DNA from: an uncultured virus (IMG/VR IMGVR_UViG_2700989659_000001)
Lineage: Duplodnaviria > Heunggongvirae > Uroviricota > Caudoviricetes
Reading direction: 5' to 3' (one strand)
Virus record (IMG/VR): IMGVR_UViG_2700989659_000001
Length of the DNA: 64,000 nucleotides
Below, one piece after another: positions 19,175-31,100 of this stretch; position 1 is the stretch's first letter, and each line of letters starts with the position of its first letter. The notes under the pieces were generated by a model. The model saw only the letters and a list, made by a program, of their open reading frames with translations, did not search any database and was not told the origin of the DNA. Position numbers and translations under genes: made by a program.

Positions 19175-20158
19175 TTAGTATCCTATTGCAACCCAATACA
19201 TAGTACCATTATTGCAATACATAGGTATGTTGCTAGTTCTAAAAGTTGTTTGTCCAATATTCCCAGCTCCATTACTTAAATAATAAGTACTTAAATTCAA
19301 ATTTGAAGAACCCCAATAACTATAAATATTTGGTTCGTAAACAATCCACGCAACGACCGTAAAACTTTGTGTTGGCAATGTGAAGTTTATTCCCCTTGTA
19401 GTACTTACATCAAAATTTAATGAACCATTTGCAGTTTTTAATCCTTTTACTGACCCAATGACTCCAAATATCGATTTATTTAAGAGTATGTTATCAGGTG
19501 TTAAATTCAAGTCACCTTTAATTATTTGATCTCCACTTAAATATTGTCCTGCTGGTATTACTTGCTGTGATGTACTAGGATTTATTGTTGTTCCAGCTTT
19601 TGTTGGAATACTTTGAGTTACTTTTCCAGTTCCATCATGATATCCTTTAGGAATTGTATAAGAACCATTTATAGACAACGACTGAATTATAGCTCCATTA
19701 TTAGGCATTGTTCCGACTAATCCTGTATCATTATCATTACTGAATTTTTTAGTTGCTAGTACATGAGAAACATCTGCGTCACCCTCCGCACTAGCTTTGA
19801 TAAAAAAACAATCACCAGTTGAGTTATACCAAACTGTATACGCCTTTCCTGCTATTAAGTTTGGTGATGATATTGTTCCTGGTTTATATAATTTTTTACC
19901 ATTTATAGTTGTTGCAGCTCCCCCATTGTTTGCACTTGCTATAAAAGTTATTGGATATCCATTTACTAACGTTCCTTTGATTGCAATTGTTATTGCCGTA
20001 GTAGATCCGCCTGCTGTTTGATACACCATATCTGACAAGTGCGTATCATGTTCTTTCATTACAGAATCAATTTTTGTAAAGTTATCTACAAAATCCTGCC
20101 TTTTAACATTGTCAGTTCCTTCAAATAATTTGAGTCCATAATTACTTGATGTTTGCAT
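19175..20158 (-). CDS. Tail fibre protein
   Basis: NYGLKL..DNFTKID anchor; GTMPNNG, IPKGYHDGTG fibre motifs. Confidence 0.8.
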   Translation of the reverse strand: MQTSSNYGLKLFEGTDNVKRQDFVDNFTKIDSVMKEHDTHLSDMVYQTAGGSTTAITIAIKGTLVNGYPITFIASANNGGAATTINGKKLYKPGTISSPNLIAGKAYTVWYNSTGDCFFIKASAEGDADVSHVLATKKFSNDNDTGLVGTMPNNGAIIQSLSINGSYTIPKGYHDGTGKVTQSIPTKAGTTINPSTSQQVIPAGQYLSGDQIIKGDLNLTPDNILLNKSIFGVIGSVKGLKTANGSLNFDVSTTRGINFTLPTQSFTVVAWIVYEPNIYSYWGSSNLNLSTYYLSNGAGNIGQTTFRTSNIPMYCNNGTMYWVAIGY

Positions 20159-20171
20159 TTAATCATCCTCC

Positions 20172-20786
20172 TTAATCGTATATTTCTAAATCATCCCACT
20201 TAATGATTTCAGCATTGTTATATGATAAATTTTTACTGTCTAAATAATCCCAAGATGTATAAGTATACTTAAATACATATCCTAAGTGAGCCGGCTTAAT
20301 ATCCTCTAGCATATTAATAAATGCCTGCATATTACGTGGAATCCCTTTAACTCCTATAAACTGGATAGTAAATGTATAAGGTGCTGTATTTTCAATCACA
20401 TCAACTTCTCCGCCAGAAAAAGTTTCAGCTACGTTTTTAATCATCTGTTTAGTTGTAGTTCCTTGTCCTTTTTTCTTGACTTTTACTATTTCTCTTCTTT
20501 GCTCATAACTTAAGGCTAAGTTAGTTTCAATTCCATACCTTTCTTCCCAATAAATAAGCCCCCATGTAGCTGTATCTATTCTTAGTTGTTTTTTTACATC
20601 ATCAGCATAATATAAGAGACTCCCTATTTCTGTACCTTGTACATCATAGGAAGCCTTCATTTCTGGAATTTCAATAACAAAGGGAGGCACATATTTTGTT
20701 AAATCAATCTTGTACTTGTTTATATCTTCTGGTGTTGGTATATTATCTGCATACTTTACTACGCCATATTGATTTGATCCATACAT
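20172..20786 (-). CDS. Baseplate wedge YmfQ/DUF2313 (XkdU-like)
   Basis: TATWGL..WE...RR...IKPAHL. Confidence 0.88.
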   Translation of the reverse strand: MYGSNQYGVVKYADNIPTPEDINKYKIDLTKYVPPFVIEIPEMKASYDVQGTEIGSLLYYADDVKKQLRIDTATWGLIYWEERYGIETNLALSYEQRREIVKVKKKGQGTTTKQMIKNVAETFSGGEVDVIENTAPYTFTIQFIGVKGIPRNMQAFINMLEDIKPAHLGYVFKYTYTSWDYLDSKNLSYNNAEIIKWDDLEIYD

Positions 20787-20787
20787 A

Positions 20788-22827
20788 CTACACCCCCTCT
20801 AAATCATTCCATGTCATACCTTTTTTTACATAGGTACTATTAATTTGTTTTCCATCTGAATCCTGTATAGCTCTAGTAGAAAGCATATCTATTGATGCTA
20901 TTGTTGCTTCTATATATCCCGATGGAAGTGCAGTTATTGTTGACGATTTCCATGTTATAGATGTACCTGTCATATAATCGCCTTTACTAAATCCAACTAT
21001 ATCTATAGAATCATACGCTTCTGATTTTTGTATATATAAATCCCATGTACTTGTAGTTGATTTAACTATATAGACTCCTATATTACCTATTTTATTGATA
21101 TACGCTAGTGTTGGATCTGAACTATTCATACTATTGAACTTAATAATTATTTGTCCATATCTATCTCGTTGTCTAACATCAAATGATATAGGTTGATTTT
21201 GATAATTACCAGTTATTTTTATTTGAGCTATATACATAAAACCAGTGGTTCCACCACCACTATTAGAATTAATAATAGAAATGCCTTGATTAAACAAAGT
21301 TCTTCCTGTTACTATTCCACCTGATAATGATAGGTTAGTATCATCATTAATTGTTATATCACTACTACCATCAAAATTAACACCATTTATTTTTCTTGCA
21401 GTAGACAATTTTTCTGCCCTATCTACTACTCCATTATTATTAGTATCATATACGCTTTTAAGCATATCACCATATCCCGCAGTAGATATTTCATCTTTAG
21501 TTGCAAATTTTGAATTTGCTTCTGATTCTGTATAATATCTATCATCATGTGTATGAGGCTTAGGAGCTTGATTATTAATACCCGAGCTATCAAGCGTAGC
21601 CACTCCATTAGCAGCTCCCATTTCACTTCTTTTTACTTGAGGGTCATTAGTTACATTACCCAATCCAACATCAGTTTTAGTTGTGCCATGTGGATTAGTT
21701 CCACTTGGATGTGTGTAAACTGTTTTTTCAGCGCCATCTATCTTTATATTTCCATTAGTTGTACTTACTTCAACTTTGTTAGCATTACTGCTAATCCCGT
21801 CAATTTTGCCTTTATAGTTATTATCAAAATCATTTGTAGATAAACTTTTTCCAGCTATTTTATCTAACTTATTACTCACGGTATTCCATAAGTTTCTTTC
21901 ATCACTTGTAATATGCTTAATGGTGTCACTAATGTGAGTATAAGCAGCATTCCAATATCCAATTAATGTTGCTGTTATTCCATCTATTACAGATTTATTT
22001 CCATGCTCATGCTTCTTATTATTTGTATCTGCTAAATTTGCTTTTTCTGTATCTGTATAATCATTGGTGCTAAGTCCCTTTCCTGAAACTTTATCAACTT
22101 TACCAGCTAACATTGTAGTCATAGTCGTAGCAAAATTAGGATCATTTCCAAGCGCATCTGCGATTTCTTTAAATGTATCTAAAACATTAGGAGCGTTATT
22201 TATTAATTCTGATATCTTTTGTAATACTTCATCCTTTGTATAAACTTTATCTTTTGTATATCTATTAGCTAATTCTGTATCTATAGAACTTTCTTTAGCT
22301 TTAGCTCTGTTTATCTCCGAATCTAGATTAGTCGTTAAGATAGATTCAGTATTTTTTGCTCTATAAATCTCAGAATTCAAGTTAATTGTTAACGTATTTT
22401 CTGAACTCTTTGCTCTTGATGTTTCTGTATTTAAATTGTCAGTTAGCACTTTTTCAGCATTAGTAGCTCTATTAATTTCATCATTAAGATTTTTTTGAGT
22501 GTCATTAACAGCATCTTGAAGATTGTTAATATCTTCTGCCTCTATTTGATCTCCTGAAGTCTCATAACTTATATATAAAGGCGATATGCTACTAAATATC
22601 CTTATTATAGTTTTCCAAGGAGTCATACTTGGCGTTGAAGTTGAGTAAGAATCAATTTTATCTCCTGTCAATTTACTTCCGGTATATACATTAAGGGTTG
22701 TGATATTTACATTATCATGTTCAAGTTCTTTTTCGTATACTCCATTTACAGGATAAACAGTTTCTTCTATAACATAAGTATGACCCTCTACTCTATTAAG
22801 CTTTTCATTAAATTTACTTACATCCAA
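20788..22827 (-). CDS. Second tail fibre/appendage protein
   Basis: 18-aa coiled-coil repeats, LDTFKEIADALGNDPNF, NPHGTTKTDVGLGNV, ARKING.FDG. Confidence 0.75.
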   Translation of the reverse strand: MDVSKFNEKLNRVEGHTYVIEETVYPVNGVYEKELEHDNVNITTLNVYTGSKLTGDKIDSYSTSTPSMTPWKTIIRIFSSISPLYISYETSGDQIEAEDINNLQDAVNDTQKNLNDEINRATNAEKVLTDNLNTETSRAKSSENTLTINLNSEIYRAKNTESILTTNLDSEINRAKAKESSIDTELANRYTKDKVYTKDEVLQKISELINNAPNVLDTFKEIADALGNDPNFATTMTTMLAGKVDKVSGKGLSTNDYTDTEKANLADTNNKKHEHGNKSVIDGITATLIGYWNAAYTHISDTIKHITSDERNLWNTVSNKLDKIAGKSLSTNDFDNNYKGKIDGISSNANKVEVSTTNGNIKIDGAEKTVYTHPSGTNPHGTTKTDVGLGNVTNDPQVKRSEMGAANGVATLDSSGINNQAPKPHTHDDRYYTESEANSKFATKDEISTAGYGDMLKSVYDTNNNGVVDRAEKLSTARKINGVNFDGSSDITINDDTNLSLSGGIVTGRTLFNQGISIINSNSGGGTTGFMYIAQIKITGNYQNQPISFDVRQRDRYGQIIIKFNSMNSSDPTLAYINKIGNIGVYIVKSTTSTWDLYIQKSEAYDSIDIVGFSKGDYMTGTSITWKSSTITALPSGYIEATIASIDMLSTRAIQDSDGKQINSTYVKKGMTWNDLEGV

Positions 22828-23940
22828 CTACATCACCCCTAAATTTACAGTCCCAAGAACCGCAATTTCTTCATCTGCAAGACTTATATTAGATGTTAAT
22901 CCATTAATTTTTAAATCAGCATGATCTACTACACCAGTTACACCAAAAAGCAAATTTCCTGCCTTTGCTATACTTACATAGTTGCTAGTAGTATTTGTAG
23001 AATCAAAAGAAATTTCTTTTAAATACTTATCAATGGAATTACTAAATTCTTTCTGAGCAGTACCTAAGTTATATCCTTTCACTAATTGTACATTAGCTGT
23101 CACATTAATAGCCTTTTCAACTGCACTTACAACCGTCAATGTTCCTGATAAAACTGGTCTTACAGAATCTATATAGTTATAAACCCTTTGAATAAGTTCA
23201 GCTGTAGCTGCATGTTTATTTACATCTGTGATCACTACTTTTACATTCCCATTTCCATTCCATGTTGGGATACATTTAGCAGCTCCAACTCCGCTAACTT
23301 CTTTAGCCCACATCTCATAGTGATATTTATTACCACTAGTTATTGGCTTTCTATCTTTTTCTAGTATCCTTTGTCTATAACTTTCATTATCCTCTTTATC
23401 TACGCCCTTTTGGACTATTTCTATATTTGAAACACTAGAAATTCCATTTAGAGATTTAGCTAATATTTTAACTTCTCCTATAGCTACATTCCCTATAATA
23501 CCTGCTATTGTACACTTTGCATTCACCGTAGCTTCACCACTTGAATCTATAGTAACTGCATCTAAAACACTAAACTCAATTGATGCATTTTCTTCTGTAG
23601 CTTCTGTACAAACTATTCTACCTTTTTCTATTTGAGTTCCCTCTGCACCGATAAATAACATCTTTTGTATTGCATAATCAGCATCATTTCTTTTAACCCC
23701 TGATTCTTCACCACAATAATCCAAGTCATCATCATTAGCTGTTTGTGGAAACCTTGAATATAAAATTTTCTTAAGTGCTATATTTTTAGCTCTTGCTATT
23801 TCCTTAGCTGATGGACTTGTTGAATTCCAAAACATATCACCTTCAATAGTTGAAATATTCTCTGGCGCTTCAGCAATCATCCTAGCATGAATATCATCTG
23901 CACTTTCTGTTATAAAATCTGGAAGAATTAAATCCCCCAT
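22828..23940 (-). CDS. Baseplate J/gp47 family (XkdT-like)
   Basis: E....YRQR...SGN..Y..WA..V.GV...P..NGNG.V. Confidence 0.9.
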   Translation of the reverse strand: MGDLILPDFITESADDIHARMIAEAPENISTIEGDMFWNSTSPSAKEIARAKNIALKKILYSRFPQTANDDDLDYCGEESGVKRNDADYAIQKMLFIGAEGTQIEKGRIVCTEATEENASIEFSVLDAVTIDSSGEATVNAKCTIAGIIGNVAIGEVKILAKSLNGISSVSNIEIVQKGVDKEDNESYRQRILEKDRKPITSGNKYHYEMWAKEVSGVGAAKCIPTWNGNGNVKVVITDVNKHAATAELIQRVYNYIDSVRPVLSGTLTVVSAVEKAINVTANVQLVKGYNLGTAQKEFSNSIDKYLKEISFDSTNTTSNYVSIAKAGNLLFGVTGVVDHADLKINGLTSNISLADEEIAVLGTVNLGVM

Positions 23941-23944
23941 TTAA

Positions 23945-24385
23945 TCACCCCACTTTTTCTGAATTTGAAAGAACTTTACTTTGCCCACTTGTATCTGTGA
24001 CTTCGTAGGTATAATAAACTTCACCATTTTCCCATATAAATACAAAATTATCTATACTTGCAGTCATTTGATGAACCATTAGTGTCTCTGTAGTAACTCT
24101 TTTAATTTCTAATTCCATGGCTTTTTGATCTATCATTTTACCTATAATGTCTCTACCGAACTTACTTGTGTAAGCTCTATACCTATATCTAGCAGTCATC
24201 ATAGCTAACTGACACCATTGAATATAAGTTTCATAGGCATCAAGTATCTTTATTGTCCCATCAGGATTTTTAATAAATTCCATAGTATCAAAATCAATCG
24301 CATATGATCCTTTGAATTCAGTAGTTAATGAAGAATTGCCTAAGTTAGTTGACTCTAAACTTCCATTTGGAAATAAATCAGCCAT
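23945..24385 (-). CDS. XkdS/DUF2634-like baseplate protein
   Basis: QW..LAM.T.RY.Y.AY...FG. Confidence 0.8.
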   Translation of the reverse strand: MADLFPNGSLESTNLGNSSLTTEFKGSYAIDFDTMEFIKNPDGTIKILDAYETYIQWCQLAMMTARYRYRAYTSKFGRDIIGKMIDQKAMELEIKRVTTETLMVHQMTASIDNFVFIWENGEVYYTYEVTDTSGQSKVLSNSEKVG

Positions 24386-24725
24386 TTGAAATCACCCTTC
24401 CTATAACCACATTGTCAGCTCCAAACTGAGCAACTAAAACTTTATCTCCTATATTTAATCTTCTAAGATTACTAGGTGTTTTAATTTCATGAGAATGGCT
24501 TGGATCACCTGCTGATTCTGTGGAATAGTTATCTTCCGATTTTAAATAATCTAAGACCATGTAATCCGTAAATTCATGTTTAAAATTGTCTAGCTTAAGG
24601 CCAGTTTCCGTTATACTTCCTAACGTAAGTCCAGTTCCTTCTATAACTCCCCTAATAGTTCCATGTGTGTTACTATCCATTATTCTTTTAATTTCATTAA
24701 ATACATCTCCATCATTGTTACTCAC
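24378..24725 (-). CDS. XkdR/DUF2577-like spike protein
   Basis: HSHEI, LNIGDKVLV...VVIGR. Confidence 0.75.
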   Translation of the reverse strand: MSNNDGDVFNEIKRIMDSNTHGTIRGVIEGTGLTLGSITETGLKLDNFKHEFTDYMVLDYLKSEDNYSTESAGDPSHSHEIKTPSNLRRLNIGDKVLVAQFGADNVVIGRVISNG

Positions 24726-25734
24726 TATAGAATTTCCTCCTTACATCATCAATTTTCATAACAGTCAACGTCATTTTTCCTCCTGAACCTAAATTATGAG
24801 TTATATCAGTTATAATAACTTCTTCATCATAAATGCTGACTTTATCTCCACTTCTTAAAATATTTATATCTTTACAGCAAGTAACTGTTTTGCTTGATTC
24901 ACCGGACGAAAAAAGACAATTAGCTTTAGCTTGTGCTTTAGCATAATCGTCTACTTTATCATCATCTACTATTTTTTGTAGTGTTCCATAAGTTTCAGTA
25001 TCTTTTTTAAATACTCCTATAATCGGAGATAATACAAGCTCTTTCTCATCTGAACTACTAGAACTATCAGACTTGCTTTTTCTACCTTTTTTCTTTGTAT
25101 CTTCTTTTCCAAGCACTTTAACTTGAGTTACTGCACCATCTAAGCTATCTTTTTCTTCTAAATCTTCAATGATATTATCTAATTTATAAATAGTTTCATT
25201 TGCTCCAATCTTAATTATATCTAAGCTAGTATTCATTCTTAGTTTATAAAGATCTCCACCTTTTTGAGCTGTCTCTTTTAAGTCTTTCTTTATCATTCCA
25301 TACAAAGACTCTTTTCTTTTATCTTTAGCTAATCCAGTTCCAGTCTCTATAAGATTACCTATAGGTATTCCCCAATCATCACAAATTATCTTAGTCCTTT
25401 GTGACGCTGTCTGTCCATCACTCCACAAGTATTCATCCTCAGACTCTTCAATAACAACTGTTCTCTCTTTGCCTGTTATTGTGATTTTCTTAGATTTTTT
25501 ATTTTTATTTATCTCCCAAATAATTCCGTTAAAAACTTGAGTATAAGATCCACTACTAAACTCATTATCAAAAAGCTCTATAGAATCCCCTTTATTAATA
25601 CCTATACTTTCTAATTCTTGAGTTTCTATGAGAGATATATTTAATGTATAAGCTATTCCATCTATAGCTTCTTTAAGTGTTACAGACTCACTTAATATTT
25701 GTATTTTATATTTATTTTTTAAAACAAGTTCCAT
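24718..25734 (-). CDS. XkdQ-like baseplate hub
   Basis: Position; TQVKVLG, YGTLQKI. Confidence 0.8.
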   Translation of the reverse strand: MELVLKNKYKIQILSESVTLKEAIDGIAYTLNISLIETQELESIGINKGDSIELFDNEFSSGSYTQVFNGIIWEINKNKKSKKITITGKERTVVIEESEDEYLWSDGQTASQRTKIICDDWGIPIGNLIETGTGLAKDKRKESLYGMIKKDLKETAQKGGDLYKLRMNTSLDIIKIGANETIYKLDNIIEDLEEKDSLDGAVTQVKVLGKEDTKKKGRKSKSDSSSSSDEKELVLSPIIGVFKKDTETYGTLQKIVDDDKVDDYAKAQAKANCLFSSGESSKTVTCCKDINILRSGDKVSIYDEEVIITDITHNLGSGGKMTLTVMKIDDVRRKFYSE

Positions 25735-25738
25735 ACAA

Positions 25739-26425
25739 TCACACCTTTGTTACATAATCTAAGCATACATAACCTCCATGATCACCAAAATATGTGTCGG
25801 CCCAATTACCATATTGCCTGAATATCGTTAATTCTTCTCCATTATAAACAGTTCCAATAATATTATTATCAGTTCCTGGCCCATCTCTTACATTCAATGC
25901 ACTTGCAGTTACTTTAACCACATCTCCATCTACATATTGACCCGAATTATTATCTGCCCTATTATCCTGAAGCCCACCTGAATAAGAACTTGAAGAGTTG
26001 TTTACTGTTTCAATTTTCAATTCCCTATAAGTCCTGAAAGTAATACTAAAGTAAATAGCATCTACCTCTCCACCTCGTACTTCTGTTTCAAACTTACTTA
26101 TATTAACTAATTCATTTATATTTAAATCCGTTATTATAAGCCGAACTGGTATATCTGCATCTATCCAAAACTGAATTGTATTAACATAATCAATAGGCAG
26201 CATATTTGGAACATACCTACAATAGGACTCATATTCTTTTGGGAATAATGAATTAAAACTTATTTCTCTTATTTTGCTTCCCTTTTGAGAAATATCAACT
26301 TCTCCAAAATCTATAATATCTGCAGTTATATATTTTTTCTCTTTAGGATTAGATAACTTATCTAGTGGATTAACAGGAAACTGCAAAGTATAATTTTTTG
26401 ATTCATCCTTTAAATATACATCCAA
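25739..26425 (-). CDS. XkdP-like tube initiator with C-terminal SH3b domain
   Basis: FPVNP, ISFNSLFP; ALNVRDGPGT...GYV. Confidence 0.8.
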   Translation of the reverse strand: MDVYLKDESKNYTLQFPVNPLDKLSNPKEKKYITADIIDFGEVDISQKGSKIREISFNSLFPKEYESYCRYVPNMLPIDYVNTIQFWIDADIPVRLIITDLNINELVNISKFETEVRGGEVDAIYFSITFRTYRELKIETVNNSSSSYSGGLQDNRADNNSGQYVDGDVVKVTASALNVRDGPGTDNNIIGTVYNGEELTIFRQYGNWADTYFGDHGGYVCLDYVTKV

Positions 26426-26521
26426 TTAACCAGCTCCTCTACCTTGTGTATAGTCCTTTCCATTATTTTAAGCATAAGAAAAAGCACCTAGTTTTCCTAA
26501 ATGCTTTCTTTATCTTTAAAT

Positions 26522-27460
26522 TTAATTTTTTAGGCTTGGCAATATCCATACATTACTAGCCTTATCCACTATTTGATTACCAAGTATAGTCTGTTTTTTC
26601 ACTAATTTTATTAGTTCTTTATTTAATGTAAAAGAAATTACTTTGCCTTCTGATCCATCTTCCATATCAGCTACGGCCCAATAATTTATTGTATCAAACT
26701 GATCTCCACCTTGATTTAATATTAAATCTTCCACATTAAATCCGTTTTGATCTATTGTAGTCTTATTACTTATACTAGGTTTTATTTTGAATTTTATAGT
26801 TAAACTCTTTTCTAGTTTATTAGCTTCTAAAATATTCCCAAATTTAGCTTTATATTGTGATAAAACATCTTGATTAGAACTATTTACTAAATCCTTATTG
26901 TGTTCATCAACTTTTGATTGGAAAACATCTTTAATAATCTCACCATTTTCCACAATTAAGATATGTGGCAATTTATCTGATTCAGATATTGTATTATTTA
27001 ATATAATTCTTATTCCCATACTTATATTTGAATACTTTGCTTGATCTTCTTTAAGAGTATTATATAAGTCCATATTACTTCTAACAATATCATCCCAATT
27101 CAAAGATTGCTTTATCTTATTTTTCCCTTCATCATCTGAATTAATATAAGAATTTAGCAAGTCATCAATATTTTCAATTGTTATTCCATAGTTAGTAATA
27201 TAAATTGTATCTGAAGATTTATCATATGTAACTTTTGAATTGTCAAATTTCTCTGTTATAGTTTTTGTTACGAACTCAGTATATTCTTTTTTAGAATCTT
27301 CTTCATCTTCTTTTTTTAATTCCAGTTCATTAACAACTGCCTTATTAGAATTTTGATTTATTTTCTTTTTATCAAAGCAAATGTTCCAATATACTAGTCC
27401 AGCAATAGTTATTATACCAATTACATATACCACTATCTTAATAACTTTATTCTTTTTCAT
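26522..27460 (-). CDS. Membrane-anchored moron protein (start 27460 rather than 27496)
   Basis: GGGGGAG RBS, N-terminal TM, own promoter and terminator. Confidence 0.7.
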   Translation of the reverse strand: MKKNKVIKIVVYVIGIITIAGLVYWNICFDKKKINQNSNKAVVNELELKKEDEEDSKKEYTEFVTKTITEKFDNSKVTYDKSSDTIYITNYGITIENIDDLLNSYINSDDEGKNKIKQSLNWDDIVRSNMDLYNTLKEDQAKYSNISMGIRIILNNTISESDKLPHILIVENGEIIKDVFQSKVDEHNKDLVNSSNQDVLSQYKAKFGNILEANKLEKSLTIKFKIKPSISNKTTIDQNGFNVEDLILNQGGDQFDTINYWAVADMEDGSEGKVISFTLNKELIKLVKKQTILGNQIVDKASNVWILPSLKN

Positions 27461-27631
27461 AAAACTCCCCCTTTTATACCAAAGTATACCATACAATTAT
27501 CTATTTTTTAATAAGAGTATAATTTTTTGATTCGTCTTTTAAATATACATCCAATATCTCAGCTCCATTCCCAAATTAGTTATAAAATAAAAACACTCAT
27601 ACAAAGAGTGTTTTTGCTACAATTTATTTAA

Positions 27632-28162
27632 TTATTTTGAAAATCCAAGTCGCTCCATTTCATTCCTTACTTTTGAGATATTTTCTTCTGATTTTTTTGT
27701 AAATTCAGAATAAGTATTTAAATTTCCGTTTTTAAAAGCATCCAATCCATTCCTGCTATTTTCAACGGCACCAATAGAGTTATCTATAATGATTCTCAAA
27801 CTGTCATCATATATTTTACCGGAAGAATTTTCTTTGTGCAGCTCTTCTAATACTTTATCATATTGGATGAGCTCTTCATCAATTATATTTTTGTTATTTA
27901 TATCATATAATTGATTCAAATTTCCTATTTTTTTCAAAATACCAACTATTTTTGATGCTTCATTATCCCTTAATTCTTGTCTCGTATAAATAGTATACCC
28001 TTTTACTTTGGCAACAGTTTTCTCTGCATAACTTAGATCTTCATATGCTTTTTGTCCATTGTATCCCTCAATTTTTTTACAGTTCTGATTAAACACTATT
28101 CCAATTACTACAAGTAGCAGAATTACTGCCACTAATATAATTCTCTTATTTTTTGTCATCAT
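27632..28162 (-). CDS. Membrane-anchored moron protein
   Basis: N-terminal TM, own promoter and terminator. Confidence 0.7.
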   Translation of the reverse strand: MMTKNKRIILVAVILLLVVIGIVFNQNCKKIEGYNGQKAYEDLSYAEKTVAKVKGYTIYTRQELRDNEASKIVGILKKIGNLNQLYDINNKNIIDEELIQYDKVLEELHKENSSGKIYDDSLRIIIDNSIGAVENSRNGLDAFKNGNLNTYSEFTKKSEENISKVRNEMERLGFSK

Positions 28163-28198
28163 ATTCCCCCTTTATACCAAAGTATACCATAAAATTAT

Positions 28199-31100
28199 TT
28201 ATTTTTTAATATTTTTAAGAGCTTCTTTAAGTTTTCTCCCCACTTCACAGGTTACTTCTACAATTAATTTTTCAACATCTTGATTCCCGCCATTAACTTG
28301 TACATCAACTTGAATAGAATTTCCATTTCCGCCAACAACTTGTACTTGTTGTGGTTGAGCTAACTTATATTGTCCTTGCTTAATTTGGAACGGTTCGTTG
28401 TCTTGTTTATTTCTGTTTTTAAATAAATTGACAGTTTGACTATTATTTAAAACTTTTTCTCCACCTTTAAAATTATAGAGCCTTCTTCCTAATACTAATT
28501 CCATTCCACGTTCTCCAACTGAATTTATTCCGGATGATGCATTATCTGTCCCATTATAATGTTGTGGTATATTCTTTATAACTTCTGATGCTGCATTTAC
28601 CACACTATTTACTGCACCACTCCCTAATCCTTGACCAAGACTAGTTGCTACACCTGATATTACAGTATCAATTGTTATTGTTTTAGAATTTGGTATCGAA
28701 TTGACAGAGCTTGTAACTTGATCCAACCTAGTTATCACTCCGTTAGCATTGCTCGTTATTTGAACCGGAGTACCATTTAAATCTAATATTCCTGTCACTG
28801 TACCATCTTCTGCAGTTTGAACATTTTGTAATTCGCCAATTAGAGTACCCGTACTGTTTATAACTTGATCAGTGTTGGTATTAAGCATAGCATGATCGTT
28901 AGCTAATTGTTGTACAACTGACCCTGTATTACTATATTCATTTTGTAATGAAAGTAGTTTCTCCTTTTGTTCATCAGAATGCGCTCCAATATCTCCGTTA
29001 GCTCCATTTAATACGCCTCTTATCTTACCCGTTGTTTCATCAACACTTACATAGAGAGTTTCTAAATCCTTAGTTGTATCATTTCTTAAAGCATAAACTC
29101 CACTCTTAGTAATATCTGATAAACCAGAATGCGATTTTATAATCTTATCCATTTTATTTTGAGATTTCATTTCTCCATCATTAAGTTTTGCACCTGTATC
29201 TTCATTAATCATTCCCCTTGCTTTTGGATAAGCATTATATAGTGTTTTTAAATCAGATTCCCATGCATCTTCTGCTTGCTTCAACGCTTCATCTCTAGCT
29301 GTTTTGTTTTCATCTATTGCTTTTTGAAAATTTGTTTTATCTGCATCAGATAGGTTTTTATCATTGTCTAAATGATATTGAGATGTTGTAATAGTTTTAT
29401 CATATTTAGCTTTTGTTTCATCTATAGAATCTTGATGCTCTTTTGCCCTTTCTTTAATCAACTCCGCTGCGCTATCAATTCCAGTTATTCTCTCCGTTTT
29501 ACTTAAAAATTTACTCTTTGCATAAGCTTGTTCCCCAGCATTTTCAGCATTTGCATATTCAAGTTTTACTGATTGCAATTCAGCTAATTTTAATTTCACT
29601 CTTTTCATATCAGCATCCAATATCTCACCATGGTCTTGAATTGCTTGATCTCCTATTTTATAAATTTCGTCTCTAATTTCAAGTTCTTTGTTAACTCCTT
29701 CTTCGAAATAACTGCCTAAATAGCTCATAACACCTTTTTCAGAATCGCTAACTGTTCCATCTAGACTAAATGTTTTTTGAAATTCACTTGTTATATCAGA
29801 TTGTTTTTGCCTTATGGCATTAACCCCATCATAAACATAGTCATTTACCCATGCTTTAAATTTGTTATTATCACCTTCGGTAAATTTATCATCTAAAACC
29901 AGACTATTTATATCCATTTCGATTTTCAACAAACTTTTTGATGCATCTTGAGCACCTTTTTTGAAACTATCTGAAATACCTTCTCCAAAGCGATCATAGA
30001 TAAGACCTGCAGCAATCATTTCTTTCTTTGACATATTTATATGACCATTTAATGCATTCATTACTTTTTCCATAGGCCCTAATTCTTCTGTAGTTGTTGT
30101 AACACTCTTCTTCATAAGATTATTTTCTGCAACTACAGCCGTTCCAACAAGTGCAACTGATGCAGCTATAGCAAGACCTGCCGGAGTAAATATCGCAGGT
30201 AATAATCTGCCCATTAAACCTAATTTTGAAATTTCTCCTGCTGCTCCTGCTACTTCTGTAGATACTTTAGCTCCTTTGAATATTCCCACTAAACTGCTAA
30301 TTCCTGAAAATCCATCCTTTATTGTTCCTATTACACTTAAAGTTGTAAATGCAACACCCAATCCGATTATTGTTTCTGCCAGTGCTTTAATTTCTTCAGT
30401 ATGTTTACTTGCGTAATCAACCATTTCAACAATCTTATCTGTAATTGCTGGCATTTTACCAGTTAGCCACGTTACAAATTGCTTAGCATATGGTGCTAAT
30501 TTCTCACCTAAAGTAATTTGCATATGTTCAACTGCTGCTTTAAGTTTAATCCATTGGCCATATAAATTATCTAGTTTAGTATCAGCCATTTTTTGTGCAG
30601 CTCCATTAGCATCTTTAAGCTGCTGACTTAATTCACTAAGACTTTTGCCTCCTTGATTCATTAAAGCAAGTACTCCAGACATAGATTCTGTTCCAAATAT
30701 AGTAGAAATAACATCTGCTCTTTGCTGACTTGTTAATTTACCTAAAGAACCGTTTAAATTATCTACAACTCCACTTAAAGGCTTCATATTGCCAGCACTA
30801 TCAAAAGCATTAATTCCATACTTTTTCATTAATCCCAAAGCTTCCTTGGTTGGGCTTGCAAGTCTCGCCATTGTCTGCCTTAAAACAGTACCAGCTTGAG
30901 ATCCTTTTATGTTTGCATTACTTAACAATCCACTTGCAGCAGCTGTATCCTCTAAACTTATTCCTAAGGCTTGAGATACTGGTGCAACATATTTCATGGT
31001 CTCGCCCAAATCTGATACATCAGAGTTTGTAGCACTAGCTGATAAAGCTAATACATCTGCTACATGACCTGATTGACTAGCATTTATATTAAAAGCTCTC

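Noticed and set aside
19175..22827. Diversity-generating retroelement or invertible fibre cassette
   Set aside because: No reverse transcriptase, invertase or template repeat seen in the window
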